Program-made: the position numbers and the translations under genes
Part shown: one piece after another, positions 49,939-59,030 of the stretch
Position numbering within the stretch: position 1 is the first letter of the stretch
How the letters are laid out: each line of letters begins with the position of its first letter
From: Candidatus Aenigmatarchaeota archaeon
Lineage (GTDB): Archaea; Aenigmatarchaeota; Aenigmatarchaeia; QMZP01
NCBI GenBank assembly: GCA_043824495.1
Contig: JBDRSV010000024.1
Span: 91,056-155,055, forward strand
Reading direction: 5' to 3'
DNA length: 64,000 nt
Notes under the pieces: model-generated
Told to the model about the DNA's origin: nothing
Database searches by the model: none
Seen by the model: the letters and a program-made list of their open reading frames with translations, nothing else

Positions 49939-50525
49939 CACTGTATAAGAAAAGAAAAAAATTCGATTCACATTCAAAAAAACTAGGATCGTTTTTCTCT
50001 AAGTTTGGTCTATCTCCAAATCAGTGGACTATGGTTGGTTTTATTCCAGCCATAATAACTGCTTATTTTCTGTATGTAGGAAGCTTGTCTCTAGCTGCTT
50101 TATTCTTCATAATTACTATAGTAGTTGATGTGATAGATGGTTCTGTTGCAAGACATATGGGAAAATCAACTAAACTAGGAGCATATTTGGACACTGTGGT
50201 TGATAGATATGTAGAACTCATAATCATCATAGGATTGCTATTCGTATCAATGCCTGTTATACTTCTACCCATGTATGCATGGATCTTCTTGTTCTTATTC
50301 GGATCAATGATGACTACGTATGTAAAAGCAGCTGCAGTTGAAAAGGGTTTAACTACAAAGGAAATCAAAGGTGGACTGCTTGAAAGAACAGATAGAATGG
50401 TTATTCTGCTGATTGGACTTCTTTTGGGTATAGTTAATCCATTATATTTGAGTTATGTTATTATCTTGTTAGCAATACTCACAAACATTTCTGCTTTACA
50501 AAGATTTTCTATTGCAACGAGTTAA
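49935..50525 (+). CDS. CDP-alcohol phosphatidyltransferase (candidate archaetidylinositol-phosphate or di-myo-inositol-phosphate synthase)
   Basis: DVIDGSVARHMGKSTKLGAYLDTVVDR matches D-x2-DG-x2-AR...G-x3-D-x3-D. Multi-TM, and adjacent to ino1. Confidence 0.75.
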   Translation: MTLYKKRKKFDSHSKKLGSFFSKFGLSPNQWTMVGFIPAIITAYFLYVGSLSLAALFFIITIVVDVIDGSVARHMGKSTKLGAYLDTVVDRYVELIIIIGLLFVSMPVILLPMYAWIFLFLFGSMMTTYVKAAAVEKGLTTKEIKGGLLERTDRMVILLIGLLLGIVNPLYLSYVIILLAILTNISALQRFSIATS

Positions 50526-50563
50526 GGATAAATTATTTAAACAGGAACATACATCTTGTTCTC

Positions 50564-50827
50564 ATGACAGATTTAGATCTCAGTGATTATTTAGTAGCTA
50601 GAACATACTTAACGGAATTTCCTGAAGATCCTACACATGAGGATATAGGGACACTTATTCAGCTGGCAGATTCTCATGACCATTTCGTGATAAGAGAAAG
50701 AGCTTATGATATCTTAGGCAGACTTGGATATCCTACTGAGTTACATGTAGCTGCAGTTGATCCTCATCTTGTTGTAAGAAAAACTGGAAATAGATGGTTG
50801 AATGAGTGGAAAGTGTTATATGTCTAG
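50564..50827 (+). CDS. Hypothetical protein
   Basis: Complete 87-aa ORF. Confidence 0.35.
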   Translation: MTDLDLSDYLVARTYLTEFPEDPTHEDIGTLIQLADSHDHFVIRERAYDILGRLGYPTELHVAAVDPHLVVRKTGNRWLNEWKVLYV

Positions 50828-50857
50828 ATATTTAAACCCCTTTTCTATAGTCCTACT

Positions 50858-52045
50858 ATGAGTCAATTCTCAAACATAGAAGATGCTATACATGATGTAA
50901 AACAAGGAAAACCTATCATAGTTGTAGATGATGAACACAGGGAAAATGAGGGAGATTTAATTGTTGCTGCAGAAAAAGCCACTCCAGAAAATATTAATTT
51001 CATGGCTAAATTTGGAAGGGGTTTAATTTGTACTCCTATTACCAGAGAAAGAGCATCAGAACTTGGTTTAGATTTAATGGCTAGAACAACAGATAGACAT
51101 GGTACTGCTTTTACTGTTTCAATAGATCACAAAGATACAACAACAGGAATATCTGCCACTGAAAGATCACTTACAATACAAAAAATTATAGACGAGAATT
51201 CTAAAAAAGAAGATTTTTATCAACCTGGTCATGTGTTTCCTTTAATCAGCCTAAAAGGTGGAGTGCTACATAGAGCAGGTCATACAGAAGCTACTGTAGA
51301 CTTAGCTGTTCTAGCTGGTTTGAAACCAGCTGGTGTTTGTTGTGAAATAATGAAAGAAGATGGAGAAATGGCAAGACTCCCTGATTTATTAGAATTTGCT
51401 AAAACACATGAATTGAAAATCATAACAATAGCTGATTTAATTCAGTATAGAACAAAGAAAGACAAGCTCATAGAAAGAATCACAGAAATCAAGATGCCAA
51501 TAAAATATGGAGAATTCAGAGCATTTGGTTACAAAGACAAAGTGTATGGTGAAGAATTTTTGGTTCTAGTAAAAGGTGAAATTAAAGATAATGTTCTAGT
51601 TAGAGTGCATTCAGGGTGTGTTACAGGTGATATTTTCGGTTCTAAAAGATGTGATTGTGGTCCTCAGTTAGATGCAGCTTTGAAACAAATTTCAGAAGCT
51701 GGCAATGGTGTTTTACTATACATACAACATCACGAAGGAAGAGGAATTGGTTTGCTAAATAAACTAAAAGCTTACGAGCTTCAGGATCAAGGTCATGATA
51801 CAGTGGAAGCAAATGAGAAATTAGGATTCAAACCAGATTTGAGAGATTATGGTTTAGGAGCTCAAGTTCTTGTTGATCTAGGACTGAAAAAGATACGATT
51901 ACTTACAAATAATCCAACAAAAATAGTCGGTTTAGAAGGATATGGACTCGAGATAACAGAGAGAGTTCCTCTCAAAACAGTACCAAATGAATACAACCAT
52001 AAATACCTAGAAACTAAGAAAGAGAAGATGGGTCACGAGTTATAG
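50858..52045 (+). CDS. ribBA: Bifunctional 3,4-dihydroxy-2-butanone-4-phosphate synthase / GTP cyclohydrolase II
   Basis: RENEGDLI is the DHBP synthase motif, and CDCGPQL is the GTP cyclohydrolase II zinc site. 395 aa. Confidence 0.85.
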   Translation: MSQFSNIEDAIHDVKQGKPIIVVDDEHRENEGDLIVAAEKATPENINFMAKFGRGLICTPITRERASELGLDLMARTTDRHGTAFTVSIDHKDTTTGISATERSLTIQKIIDENSKKEDFYQPGHVFPLISLKGGVLHRAGHTEATVDLAVLAGLKPAGVCCEIMKEDGEMARLPDLLEFAKTHELKIITIADLIQYRTKKDKLIERITEIKMPIKYGEFRAFGYKDKVYGEEFLVLVKGEIKDNVLVRVHSGCVTGDIFGSKRCDCGPQLDAALKQISEAGNGVLLYIQHHEGRGIGLLNKLKAYELQDQGHDTVEANEKLGFKPDLRDYGLGAQVLVDLGLKKIRLLTNNPTKIVGLEGYGLEITERVPLKTVPNEYNHKYLETKKEKMGHEL

Positions 52046-52144
52046 CTACTTTTGAACGTATTTAAGTCAAAAAGCTTATAAATCCTATATAAATAATACA
52101 AACCTAAGGGATGAAATCCCTCTTATGGGATGGAGGTAAAAAAT

Positions 52145-52516
52145 ATGGCAAAACCAAGTTTTGTAACATTCGATGTTCCTGCAGATGTAGTAAATAAAAT
52201 ATATGAGGCACTTTCCCTAGCAAACACTACAGGTAAGATAAGAAGAGGAGTAAACGAAGCAACAAAAGCAATAGAAAGAGGAAGCGCAAAGTTTATTGTT
52301 ATTGCAGAAGATGTAACTCCTGAAGAAGTAATCATGCACTTACCGTTGTTATGTAAGGAAAAGAAAATACCTTATGCATTTGTTCCTACAAAAGCAGAAT
52401 TGGGAAAAGCATCAGGAATAGATGTTCCAACATCTTCATTAGCTGTGCTTGAAGAAGGCGATTCTAAGAAAATCTTCGCAGAAGTTAAAGCTAAATTAGA
52501 TGCTTTGATCAAGTGA
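52145..52516 (+). CDS. rpl7ae: 50S ribosomal protein L7Ae (eL8 / K-turn binding)
   Basis: MAKPSFVTFDVPADVVNKIYEALSLANTTGKIRRGVNEATKAIERG is the canonical L7Ae sequence. Confidence 0.85.
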   Translation: MAKPSFVTFDVPADVVNKIYEALSLANTTGKIRRGVNEATKAIERGSAKFIVIAEDVTPEEVIMHLPLLCKEKKIPYAFVPTKAELGKASGIDVPTSSLAVLEEGDSKKIFAEVKAKLDALIK

Positions 52517-52722
52517 TTGTTATGGTAGTATCAGCAGAAGTAGTTCAAGTCGCAGGTAAATTGGGCGTCAAAGGCGTAAGCAGAGTTAGATGTAAGGTTC
52601 TTGACGGTCGTGATAAGGACAAAATAGTCACAAGAAACGTTTCAGGTCCTATCAGAAAAGGCGATATTATACTATTAAAAGACACCTCAATGGATAGCGT
52701 GTCTTCACTTCAGAAGAGATAG
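52513..52722 (+). CDS. rps28e: 30S ribosomal protein S28e (eS28)
   Basis: AEVVQVAGKLGVKGVSRVRCKVLDGRDKDKIVTRNVSGPIRKGDIILL is the S28e consensus. It follows L7Ae. Confidence 0.8.
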   Translation: MIVMVVSAEVVQVAGKLGVKGVSRVRCKVLDGRDKDKIVTRNVSGPIRKGDIILLKDTSMDSVSSLQKR

Positions 52723-52794
52723 ATTCTCTGACTTCTGATAATAAATTCCTTCTTATTAGAAAGAATATCTTTGGATGAGAGGGGGGACTAAACG

Positions 52795-52920
52795 CTCCTC
52801 GAGGGTTCATATGTCCTACCTATAGGCAAAATAGAGCATGTGGGGCACGTAAAAGACGCTCCTATAAGAGAAACCCTAGAAGAAACTGGTATAACTCCCT
52901 TATTTGAGCAAGTTTGGTAG
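52795..52920 (+). pseudogene. NUDIX hydrolase remnant (NUDIX box only; no start, ~37 codons)
   Basis: Translates to ...VLPIGKIEHVGHVKDAPIRETLEETGITPLFEQVW*. The REx2EExGI part of the NUDIX box is intact. There is a stop 5 codons upstream and no start codon. Confidence 0.35.
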
Positions 52921-52952
52921 GGTCATTTCAGATATTCTTGAAAAGGATAAAT

Positions 52953-53366
52953 ATGAAATTATGTAGTGCTTGTTTGCTTGGAGTTAAGTGTAGATACAAT
53001 GGGAAAGATAAAGCAGACGAAAAAATACTAGAACTATCCAAGAAAGAAGAATTGATACCCGTTTGTCCAGAACAACTTGGTGGATTATCTACTCCTAGAG
53101 AGCCAGCTGAACGGAAGGGAGACAGAATGATAACAATATCAGGTAAAGATGTTACTGAAAATTTTGAAAGGGGAGCTGAAGAGACACTCAGAATAGCCAA
53201 AATGATGGGAGTGAAAGAGGCCATATTAAAACAAAAAAGTCCTTCTTGTGGATGTGGAAAAGTTTATGATGGAACATTCACTGGAAAAATAATTAAAGAG
53301 GATGGTATAACGGCATCTTTATTGAAAAGGAATGGTATTAAAGTGATGTCTGAAGAGGATTTATGA
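52953..53366 (+). CDS. DUF523-family protein (YbbK-like)
   Basis: MKLCSACLLGVKCRYNG...PVCPEQLGGLSTPREPAE is the DUF523 signature. Confidence 0.65.
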   Translation: MKLCSACLLGVKCRYNGKDKADEKILELSKKEELIPVCPEQLGGLSTPREPAERKGDRMITISGKDVTENFERGAEETLRIAKMMGVKEAILKQKSPSCGCGKVYDGTFTGKIIKEDGITASLLKRNGIKVMSEEDL

Positions 53367-53427
53367 TAAGTCCCTTCATGTAAACTATATAAATACCCAG
53401 GACAAATAAAACCAGATAGGTGATCAC

Positions 53428-53595
53428 ATGAAGTGTAGTTTTTGTGGTGAAGCAATAAAAGAAGGAACTGGAAAGATGTTTGTTAGAACTGATGCTAGAG
53501 TTTTTCATTTCTGCGGTTCTAAGTGCCAGAAAAACCAGAGAATGGGTAGAGTAGGAAAGAACCTAAAGTGGACTAGTAAGTTCGAGAAGGGTTAA
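53428..53595 (+). CDS. rpl24e: 50S ribosomal protein L24e (eL24). It is not in the supplied ORF track because it is only 55 aa.
   Basis: MKCSFCGEAIKEGTGKMFVRTDARVFHFCGSKCQKNQRMGRVGKNLKWT has the C4 zinc motif and TDARVFHFC, canonical for L24e. It completes the L7Ae-S28e-L24e cluster. Confidence 0.8.
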   Translation: MKCSFCGEAIKEGTGKMFVRTDARVFHFCGSKCQKNQRMGRVGKNLKWTSKFEKG

Positions 53596-53601
53596 TTTTG
53601 T

Positions 53602-53793
53602 ATGAGAAAATATACTCTTACTTTCAGAGATGATCCAACATTTCTACTAGAAGAATCCGGTGTTGATGTTCTAGCTAATATGACAAAACCACCTGTACGA
53701 TTTTATCCATCAGGTGATATTAGAAATGACCTTCCTGACTCAAGAGATTTTCTGCTTCAGATGCTTAGAGATCGTGGTTACGGGGACAGGTAA
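53602..53793 (+). CDS. Hypothetical small protein
   Basis: A 63-aa ORF convergent with the diphthine synthase gene. It has low complexity and may not be real. Confidence 0.2.
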   Translation: MRKYTLTFRDDPTFLLEESGVDVLANMTKPPVRFYPSGDIRNDLPDSRDFLLQMLRDRGYGDR

Positions 53794-54543
53794 CTAAACA
53801 GATTCAATAAACTCTTTTTCTAAGAAGTGTAATTCACCAGGAATGAGTATTACTGATGGTGTTGTTTTGATATTTTTAGTTATCAATTCTTTTGCTTTAC
53901 CTGAAACTATTTGTTGTTCTCCACCAATTTGATAAACACCTATAACAAGAGTTTCTTCTGTTATTACGTCTTGTTTCTTTTCTTTTTCCATGTCTATGAG
54001 AATTTCTAACCCTTCTTTGACTGTCATGTATCTGTTTTCTTCTGATTTTACATCAAGCAAAACAAGTGTGTGTAGGCCATTTTTCTTGTTTTTCTGAATT
54101 GTTTCATAACAACTTGTAGGTTTGTAATTATCTTGTGGATAAGCTATAGTTGTGGTGGCTCCGAATTTGTATGGTTGTAAACCACTTTCTCCTATAGCTG
54201 AGTAAATACTAGAACCATGAATTACTTGAGTTTCAATTCCTGCTTTCTTTGCATCAAGAATAATAGATGTGTGTGTAGTTGCTACTAGAGCATCTCCACC
54301 TACTAGAATTCCTACGTTCTTTTCTTTTGCTTCCTTCAGAATTGTTTCAATACCCTCTTCTAAATCACTTCTTTTGATCTCTTTTACTGGTTTTCCTATT
54401 AGCTTATTTAGTTTCTTCTCGTCTATATTCATTCTGGTTGTGTATAGTTCCAAGTAAAGAATGTCACATTTCTGAGCTGTTTCTAAAGCTCTGATACTCA
54501 TATCTTTCTCATCATACAATCCAAGTGAAATTAAGTATAACAT
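53794..54543 (-). CDS. dphB: Diphthine synthase (Dph5)
   Basis: MLYLISLGLYDEKDMSIRALETAQKCD is the tetrapyrrole-methylase-fold diphthine synthase N-terminus. 249 aa. Confidence 0.8.
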   Translation of the reverse strand: MLYLISLGLYDEKDMSIRALETAQKCDILYLELYTTRMNIDEKKLNKLIGKPVKEIKRSDLEEGIETILKEAKEKNVGILVGGDALVATTHTSIILDAKKAGIETQVIHGSSIYSAIGESGLQPYKFGATTTIAYPQDNYKPTSCYETIQKNKKNGLHTLVLLDVKSEENRYMTVKEGLEILIDMEKEKKQDVITEETLVIGVYQIGGEQQIVSGKAKELITKNIKTTPSVILIPGELHFLEKEFIESV

Positions 54544-54642
54544 ATTTATCCCATCTGAGCAAGCAATCCCTTTCTTCTTACTCTCTTAAATGAATAGTAG
54601 TATAACGGTATTTAAAGAATAAGTTTTACCTGTTTAAATGTT

Positions 54643-55014
54643 TCATGTATAAAGTGGTTTTAGATCATCTACAGGATACACACCAAGAGTTTTAATGTAG
54701 GTTCTAGTTCCTTTTAGTGAATAAGCGTGTCTGATGTGGACACCCAATCTTCTTTTAAATCCACCAAGTGTCGACTCTGCGCTAACTAGTTTATCAGAAA
54801 ATTCATCTAGATCATATTCTGTTCCAAATGAAGCCAAATCGTCTCTTAATCTCCTACTTCTCTCTCTAGATGATATATTTATTTCTGCTGGATTTGTGTA
54901 ATCTATTCCATGTTTTCCACAGAAATCGGATATCTGGGTAAGTGTAAGAAGATCATCCAGAAGAACTCCACTAGCTTCTCTTAGAAAAGCTGCTGTGTTA
55001 TCGTTATTTGCCAT
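54643..55014 (-). CDS. Hypothetical protein
   Basis: Probable start MANNDNTAAFLREASG. The longer ORF (to 55128) carries an N-terminal extension that is unlikely to be real. Confidence 0.35.
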   Translation of the reverse strand: MANNDNTAAFLREASGVLLDDLLTLTQISDFCGKHGIDYTNPAEINISSRERSRRLRDDLASFGTEYDLDEFSDKLVSAESTLGGFKRRLGVHIRHAYSLKGTRTYIKTLGVYPVDDLKPLYT

Positions 55015-55055
55015 ACGGAGTAATAATAAGAAATAATTTAAATAAGTTTTCCATG

Positions 55056-55337
55056 CTAAACAGAACCTATAATGATTAGAGCTACTACGATAACCAAAGC
55101 TAGCATAAGCATAAATATCTGTTTCCATGAACTGAAAAAGAATTTTGCCATGAAGAATAATATTATCAGTATTAGTACACCGGCTAGAATAGTTCCTTCT
55201 ATACCTATGTTACTAACAGGGTTGAGAGAACCCATTAATTCTAGAAATAGACCAAAGATACCACTCAGTGTACTCATAGTGTTCCCTATAACAAGTTGTA
55301 TCATTTCAAGTATCACAATCAATGGAGCATCTGCCAT
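55056..55337 (-). CDS. Small membrane protein (hypothetical)
   Basis: Three hydrophobic helices. Confidence 0.3.
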   Translation of the reverse strand: MADAPLIVILEMIQLVIGNTMSTLSGIFGLFLELMGSLNPVSNIGIEGTILAGVLILIILFFMAKFFFSSWKQIFMLMLALVIVVALIIIGSV

Positions 55338-55362
55338 TGATTAATAATTAGTCTGAGTGCAT

Positions 55363-56547
55363 TTATTTCTTTGTGAGGATCTCAACTATGTCTCCATCCT
55401 TGAGCTCGTACTCTGCACCCACTTTCTTACGATCTGTCTTCATTCCACCTATGAATTTATCTGCTAAATCTGTGTGGATTTTTCCAGCGAACTGTTTCAA
55501 ATGAGTTCCTCTAGGAACTAAATGTACGTCTGGTAGAACATTTCCATCTTTATCTGTCATTTTACCTATGTTTGTAACTGGATAAACAGCTATCATATCG
55601 AGTGTTTCAAAAACAGTATGATTCAATATATTTTGTATACCAGTAGATTCATATTTAACAAGAATTTTTTCTTTTATGAACTCTAAAGCTGAGATTTGTT
55701 TTGGTGTTAGTCTATGCGCAACAACTATCTCAAAGTCTTTATCTCCTGGATTATATTTGATGAAACCATGCTCATTAGCTTCTCTTAAAGCTAGTTCACA
55801 CTCGGCTGTACATGGAATTATATGTTTATGTTTATCATGTAAAAGTTTGAAATTCTTCTGACCATCCTCTGTATCTATTTTATTTCCTGCTATCACAATA
55901 GGTTTGTTTCTTTTTCTTAGCTCACTTACTAAATGTATTAAATGATCTTCTTTTGTGTGCACTTCTATGTCTAATTTCTTAACTTCGTCTCTAACAGTTT
56001 CATAATCTAATTGTAAACCTGACAATTGTTCGTAAATTAAATCTTCTAGTTTTGCATCAGTTGTTTCAGCTTTTTTAGAGAGTTGTTTCCAGTTGTTTTT
56101 TAATATTTGAAACATCCAATAATCTATTTCTCTAGGTAAGAAATGGATATCTTCTTCAGGATCATGCGAACCTGCTTTTACAGGATTACCTTCCCCGTCT
56201 GTTCCTCCAGATAGATCAACTACATGAATTAGTCCTGATGCTGTCATAATGTCTGTTAGAAATTGATTACCTAAACCCTTTCCCTTATGTGCATCCGGAA
56301 CAAGTCCTGCTATGTCTATAAGTCTGACTGGTATGTATCTAATTCCGTCAATACATTTAGAATTCTTAGGCTTGCAAGTAACTCCTTGTGTCTTACAAGG
56401 ACATTCTGCTGTTACGTAAGCAACACCTTGGTTAGGTTTGATTGTTGTGAATATTCTGTTGCTTATTTCTATGTCTATCAGAGTAGCTGCTTTGAAGAAT
56501 GTTGATTTACCTGTGTTTGATTTACCTACAACCCCTATTTGGATCAT
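55363..56547 (-). CDS. Obg/YchF-like GTPase with a C-terminal TGS domain
   Basis: G1 GVVGKSNTGKST, G3 DIAGLV, G4 NKID, and a C-terminal TGS domain (ELKDGDIVEI). Confidence 0.8.
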   Translation of the reverse strand: MIQIGVVGKSNTGKSTFFKAATLIDIEISNRIFTTIKPNQGVAYVTAECPCKTQGVTCKPKNSKCIDGIRYIPVRLIDIAGLVPDAHKGKGLGNQFLTDIMTASGLIHVVDLSGGTDGEGNPVKAGSHDPEEDIHFLPREIDYWMFQILKNNWKQLSKKAETTDAKLEDLIYEQLSGLQLDYETVRDEVKKLDIEVHTKEDHLIHLVSELRKRNKPIVIAGNKIDTEDGQKNFKLLHDKHKHIIPCTAECELALREANEHGFIKYNPGDKDFEIVVAHRLTPKQISALEFIKEKILVKYESTGIQNILNHTVFETLDMIAVYPVTNIGKMTDKDGNVLPDVHLVPRGTHLKQFAGKIHTDLADKFIGGMKTDRKKVGAEYELKDGDIVEILTKK

Positions 56548-56582
56548 ATGATATATTTATTTAGTAAATTTAAAAACGATTC

Positions 56583-56951
56583 ATGGGCTTCAATTCCGGT
56601 AACCAGTTCAGAATTGCAGGTATACTTTTGATATTGGAAACTATAGCTCTTCTATATTTCTCTATCGTTCCGTATGCATCTATAGACACTGGGATAGAAG
56701 CATTGCGCCTCGGAGACTTCGAACACTTGATGGCTTATCTCATCTATGCTCTTTTAGCTGAGCGAGTATTAAGTCAGACAAAATTCAAGAAGCATAGAGT
56801 TATACTAGCATTCTTAATTGCAGCAGCTTTTGGTGGAATAAATGAGGTTATACAATCTTTCATTCCTTTGAGAGAAGCAGATATGATTGATTTAGCCTTT
56901 GATACTGTTGGTTCTGTCATCGGTAGCTTTTTGCTTGGTCTTAAGAAATGA
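56583..56951 (+). CDS. VanZ-like membrane protein
   Basis: Four TM helices, with a GGINEVIQSFIPLREADMIDLAFDTVG motif like the VanZ family. Confidence 0.5.
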   Translation: MGFNSGNQFRIAGILLILETIALLYFSIVPYASIDTGIEALRLGDFEHLMAYLIYALLAERVLSQTKFKKHRVILAFLIAAAFGGINEVIQSFIPLREADMIDLAFDTVGSVIGSFLLGLKK

Positions 56952-56968
56952 TTTTTTATAACCTTCTA

Positions 56969-56989
56969 TATCCCTTTAAATAGACAATA
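56969..56989 (+). repeat. Junction motif copy 5 (ATATCCCTTTAAATAGACAAT), at the left edge of a GC-rich block
   Basis: Forward orientation, followed by the hairpin GGGGAAAGTGTGA...TCACACTTTTTCTCCCC. Confidence 0.6.
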
Positions 56990-57063
56990 TAAAGGGGAAA
57001 GTGTGATTGGTGGTCACACTTTTTCTCCCCTTGTAGCACCCGGAGAAGCTGCTCGCGTTGCAG

Positions 57064-57528
57064 TTAATCGTCGAGGTCGAGATCCTGAATGGGACCGTCT
57101 GCGGGATCGATCGCCTTGTCGGTACATGTGAACTCATTGCCGTGACCCTCACCGAAGTTGGCTCGGGCCGTGATCTGGAACGTGCCGTCTGTTGACGCCG
57201 CGGGGACAATTGTGGTAGGCGAAGTAACCGCGAAGAACATTGTGTCCTTGGACCCACTGGCAGGAGCAGGTTTGAACTCGATCGTTGTGTCGCTGTCGCC
57301 ATAGTCGAAGCGGGCAGCGGGAGCCAATGAGCGAGTTAAACTGCTACTGCGAAAGGCTTCAATGCCTCCGGACAAACCGAGGTCGATAGCCTTGTCCCTG
57401 GCGATCTTCTCGATTGTTGTGCTTCTTACGTCTACTTTTACATCATTCAGAACTGTGTCCCCGAACTTCAGGTTGATTTTAATGCTGTCGGCCACGATAC
57501 CCCTCCGTTTCTGCGTGATCAATGTCAC
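57064..57528 (-). CDS. Hypothetical protein
   Basis: Complete ORF, GC-rich, first of a three-gene minus-strand cluster. Confidence 0.45.
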   Translation of the reverse strand: MTLITQKRRGIVADSIKINLKFGDTVLNDVKVDVRSTTIEKIARDKAIDLGLSGGIEAFRSSSLTRSLAPAARFDYGDSDTTIEFKPAPASGSKDTMFFAVTSPTTIVPAASTDGTFQITARANFGEGHGNEFTCTDKAIDPADGPIQDLDLDD

Positions 57529-57536
57529 GTCTGTGA

Positions 57537-58082
57537 TTAGTCCTTCTCAGCCTTCTGAAGTTTCAGACAAATGGTCTCACCGTCAGTTGCGTGGTCGTAG
57601 TCAAATGTAGTCGCAAATTTGGCGCTCCCGATCTTGATTCGAGCGTGAATCTGACACTTCTTGGGAATACTCGGGAGAGTTATCTCCCCACGAATGATCG
57701 TAGAGCCGCCTTCAGTGTCCTCATCATCTATCTTGAAGTAGACGATGGTCCCATTCGGAGTTGCGATACAGTCATCGCCGTGGCATACTTCGGCTTTGAC
57801 GGTGACTGAAGCACGAACAAAGTCGAGATCGAAATCGGTGTTCCCATCAGCCGTGTCATAATCCAGACGTGCTTCGTACAACTCGCCGTCGATTGTTACG
57901 AATGCTTCAAGCGATCCAGCCGCGAGGACGCCCATTAAGACGATGATACCGTTTTCTTTCACGGTGGCACGATTTTCTTCGCTTGCGTCGCCTGCGTCAT
58001 TACCAAATAATACTGAGATGCCTTTTGGTATTAGCTCAGTATCTTCGTAATAGGCGGTCAGTTGAAGTGTCGTTTTATCCAT
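57537..58082 (-). CDS. Hypothetical protein
   Basis: Complete ORF, GC-rich. It is 8 bp from the downstream gene. Confidence 0.45.
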   Translation of the reverse strand: MDKTTLQLTAYYEDTELIPKGISVLFGNDAGDASEENRATVKENGIIVLMGVLAAGSLEAFVTIDGELYEARLDYDTADGNTDFDLDFVRASVTVKAEVCHGDDCIATPNGTIVYFKIDDEDTEGGSTIIRGEITLPSIPKKCQIHARIKIGSAKFATTFDYDHATDGETICLKLQKAEKD

Positions 58083-58127
58083 TTATCCTTTGCCCTCCTT
58101 GTATGGTTTGCCTGTTCCATATAGGCG

Positions 58128-59030
58128 TTATAAACTGACTGTCACAAGAATGTGGTGTGACTTGTCCCCATATTCACTTTGGCGCATTGGCAAGAGCATT
58201 ACTCTACCAATCTTGCCTCCTATATAGTACCAGGAGGATTTAACACCGAACTCGTATCCGCCTCCGAGAAGAAGGAGGTATTTCCCATGCTGCCAGGCAA
58301 ACGCCTTGTCAGCACCGATTCCAACATTTCCGGATTTCGTATCACCGAAGGTCTCAAAGCCCAGGCCGTGGAAGAGGCCAACAGAACTAGAGAAGACCCA
58401 TTTACCCTTTCTGAAGTTCTGGTAGGCATCGAATCGTGTAGCTTGAATTCTTGCAGATCTCAGAAAACCGAGAACTGATGATTCTTTGTGATTAAGTTTC
58501 CATTCAAACCTGGTTCCAAAGTCCAAGTCCCACATGTTCTGGGATGGTTCGGTGATCCATATGGGACCGCCAGGAATGTACTCGGTTCCGGGAGCAATGA
58601 AATTGACAGTTCTCGTTCTCACCCAGATTCTTCGAGCCCCGATAGCAAGTCGAAATTTTCCAGGAAGAACTCCGAGAGCAAACCGAATATTCGTCGTTGT
58701 GGCGATTTTTTGGAAGTCGGTCTGTGCAGGTGGTACGCCTTCTGATTGAGTGTAACCACCGAGACCCATTAGAGTAAAGCTAGTCTCGGTACCCAGTGGG
58801 CGGAGAAGGAACGGGAGCTTGTACGAGGCTCCAGATTCTATTACCCAGAAATCTGTCCGCGAACCATACATCCCGTCTGTTGGGGTCTTGAGAATGTAGG
58901 TGAAGACTGACGAGTTGTCGTAAATTGGTGGTGGTTTGGCATCCACTTTCACCGGAGACACTACCACCACAAACAGTGTCACTGCTGCGATGATGTTACG
59001 CATCGAGACCCTCGCGATAACTTTATGCAT
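58128..59030 (-). CDS. Secreted beta-rich protein, a putative outer-membrane beta-barrel (hypothetical)
   Basis: Signal peptide MRNIIAAVTLFVVVVSPVKVDA. The sequence alternates aromatic and hydrophobic residues as in an OM barrel. Bacterial-style. Confidence 0.45.
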   Translation of the reverse strand: MHKVIARVSMRNIIAAVTLFVVVVSPVKVDAKPPPIYDNSSVFTYILKTPTDGMYGSRTDFWVIESGASYKLPFLLRPLGTETSFTLMGLGGYTQSEGVPPAQTDFQKIATTTNIRFALGVLPGKFRLAIGARRIWVRTRTVNFIAPGTEYIPGGPIWITEPSQNMWDLDFGTRFEWKLNHKESSVLGFLRSARIQATRFDAYQNFRKGKWVFSSSVGLFHGLGFETFGDTKSGNVGIGADKAFAWQHGKYLLLLGGGYEFGVKSSWYYIGGKIGRVMLLPMRQSEYGDKSHHILVTVSL

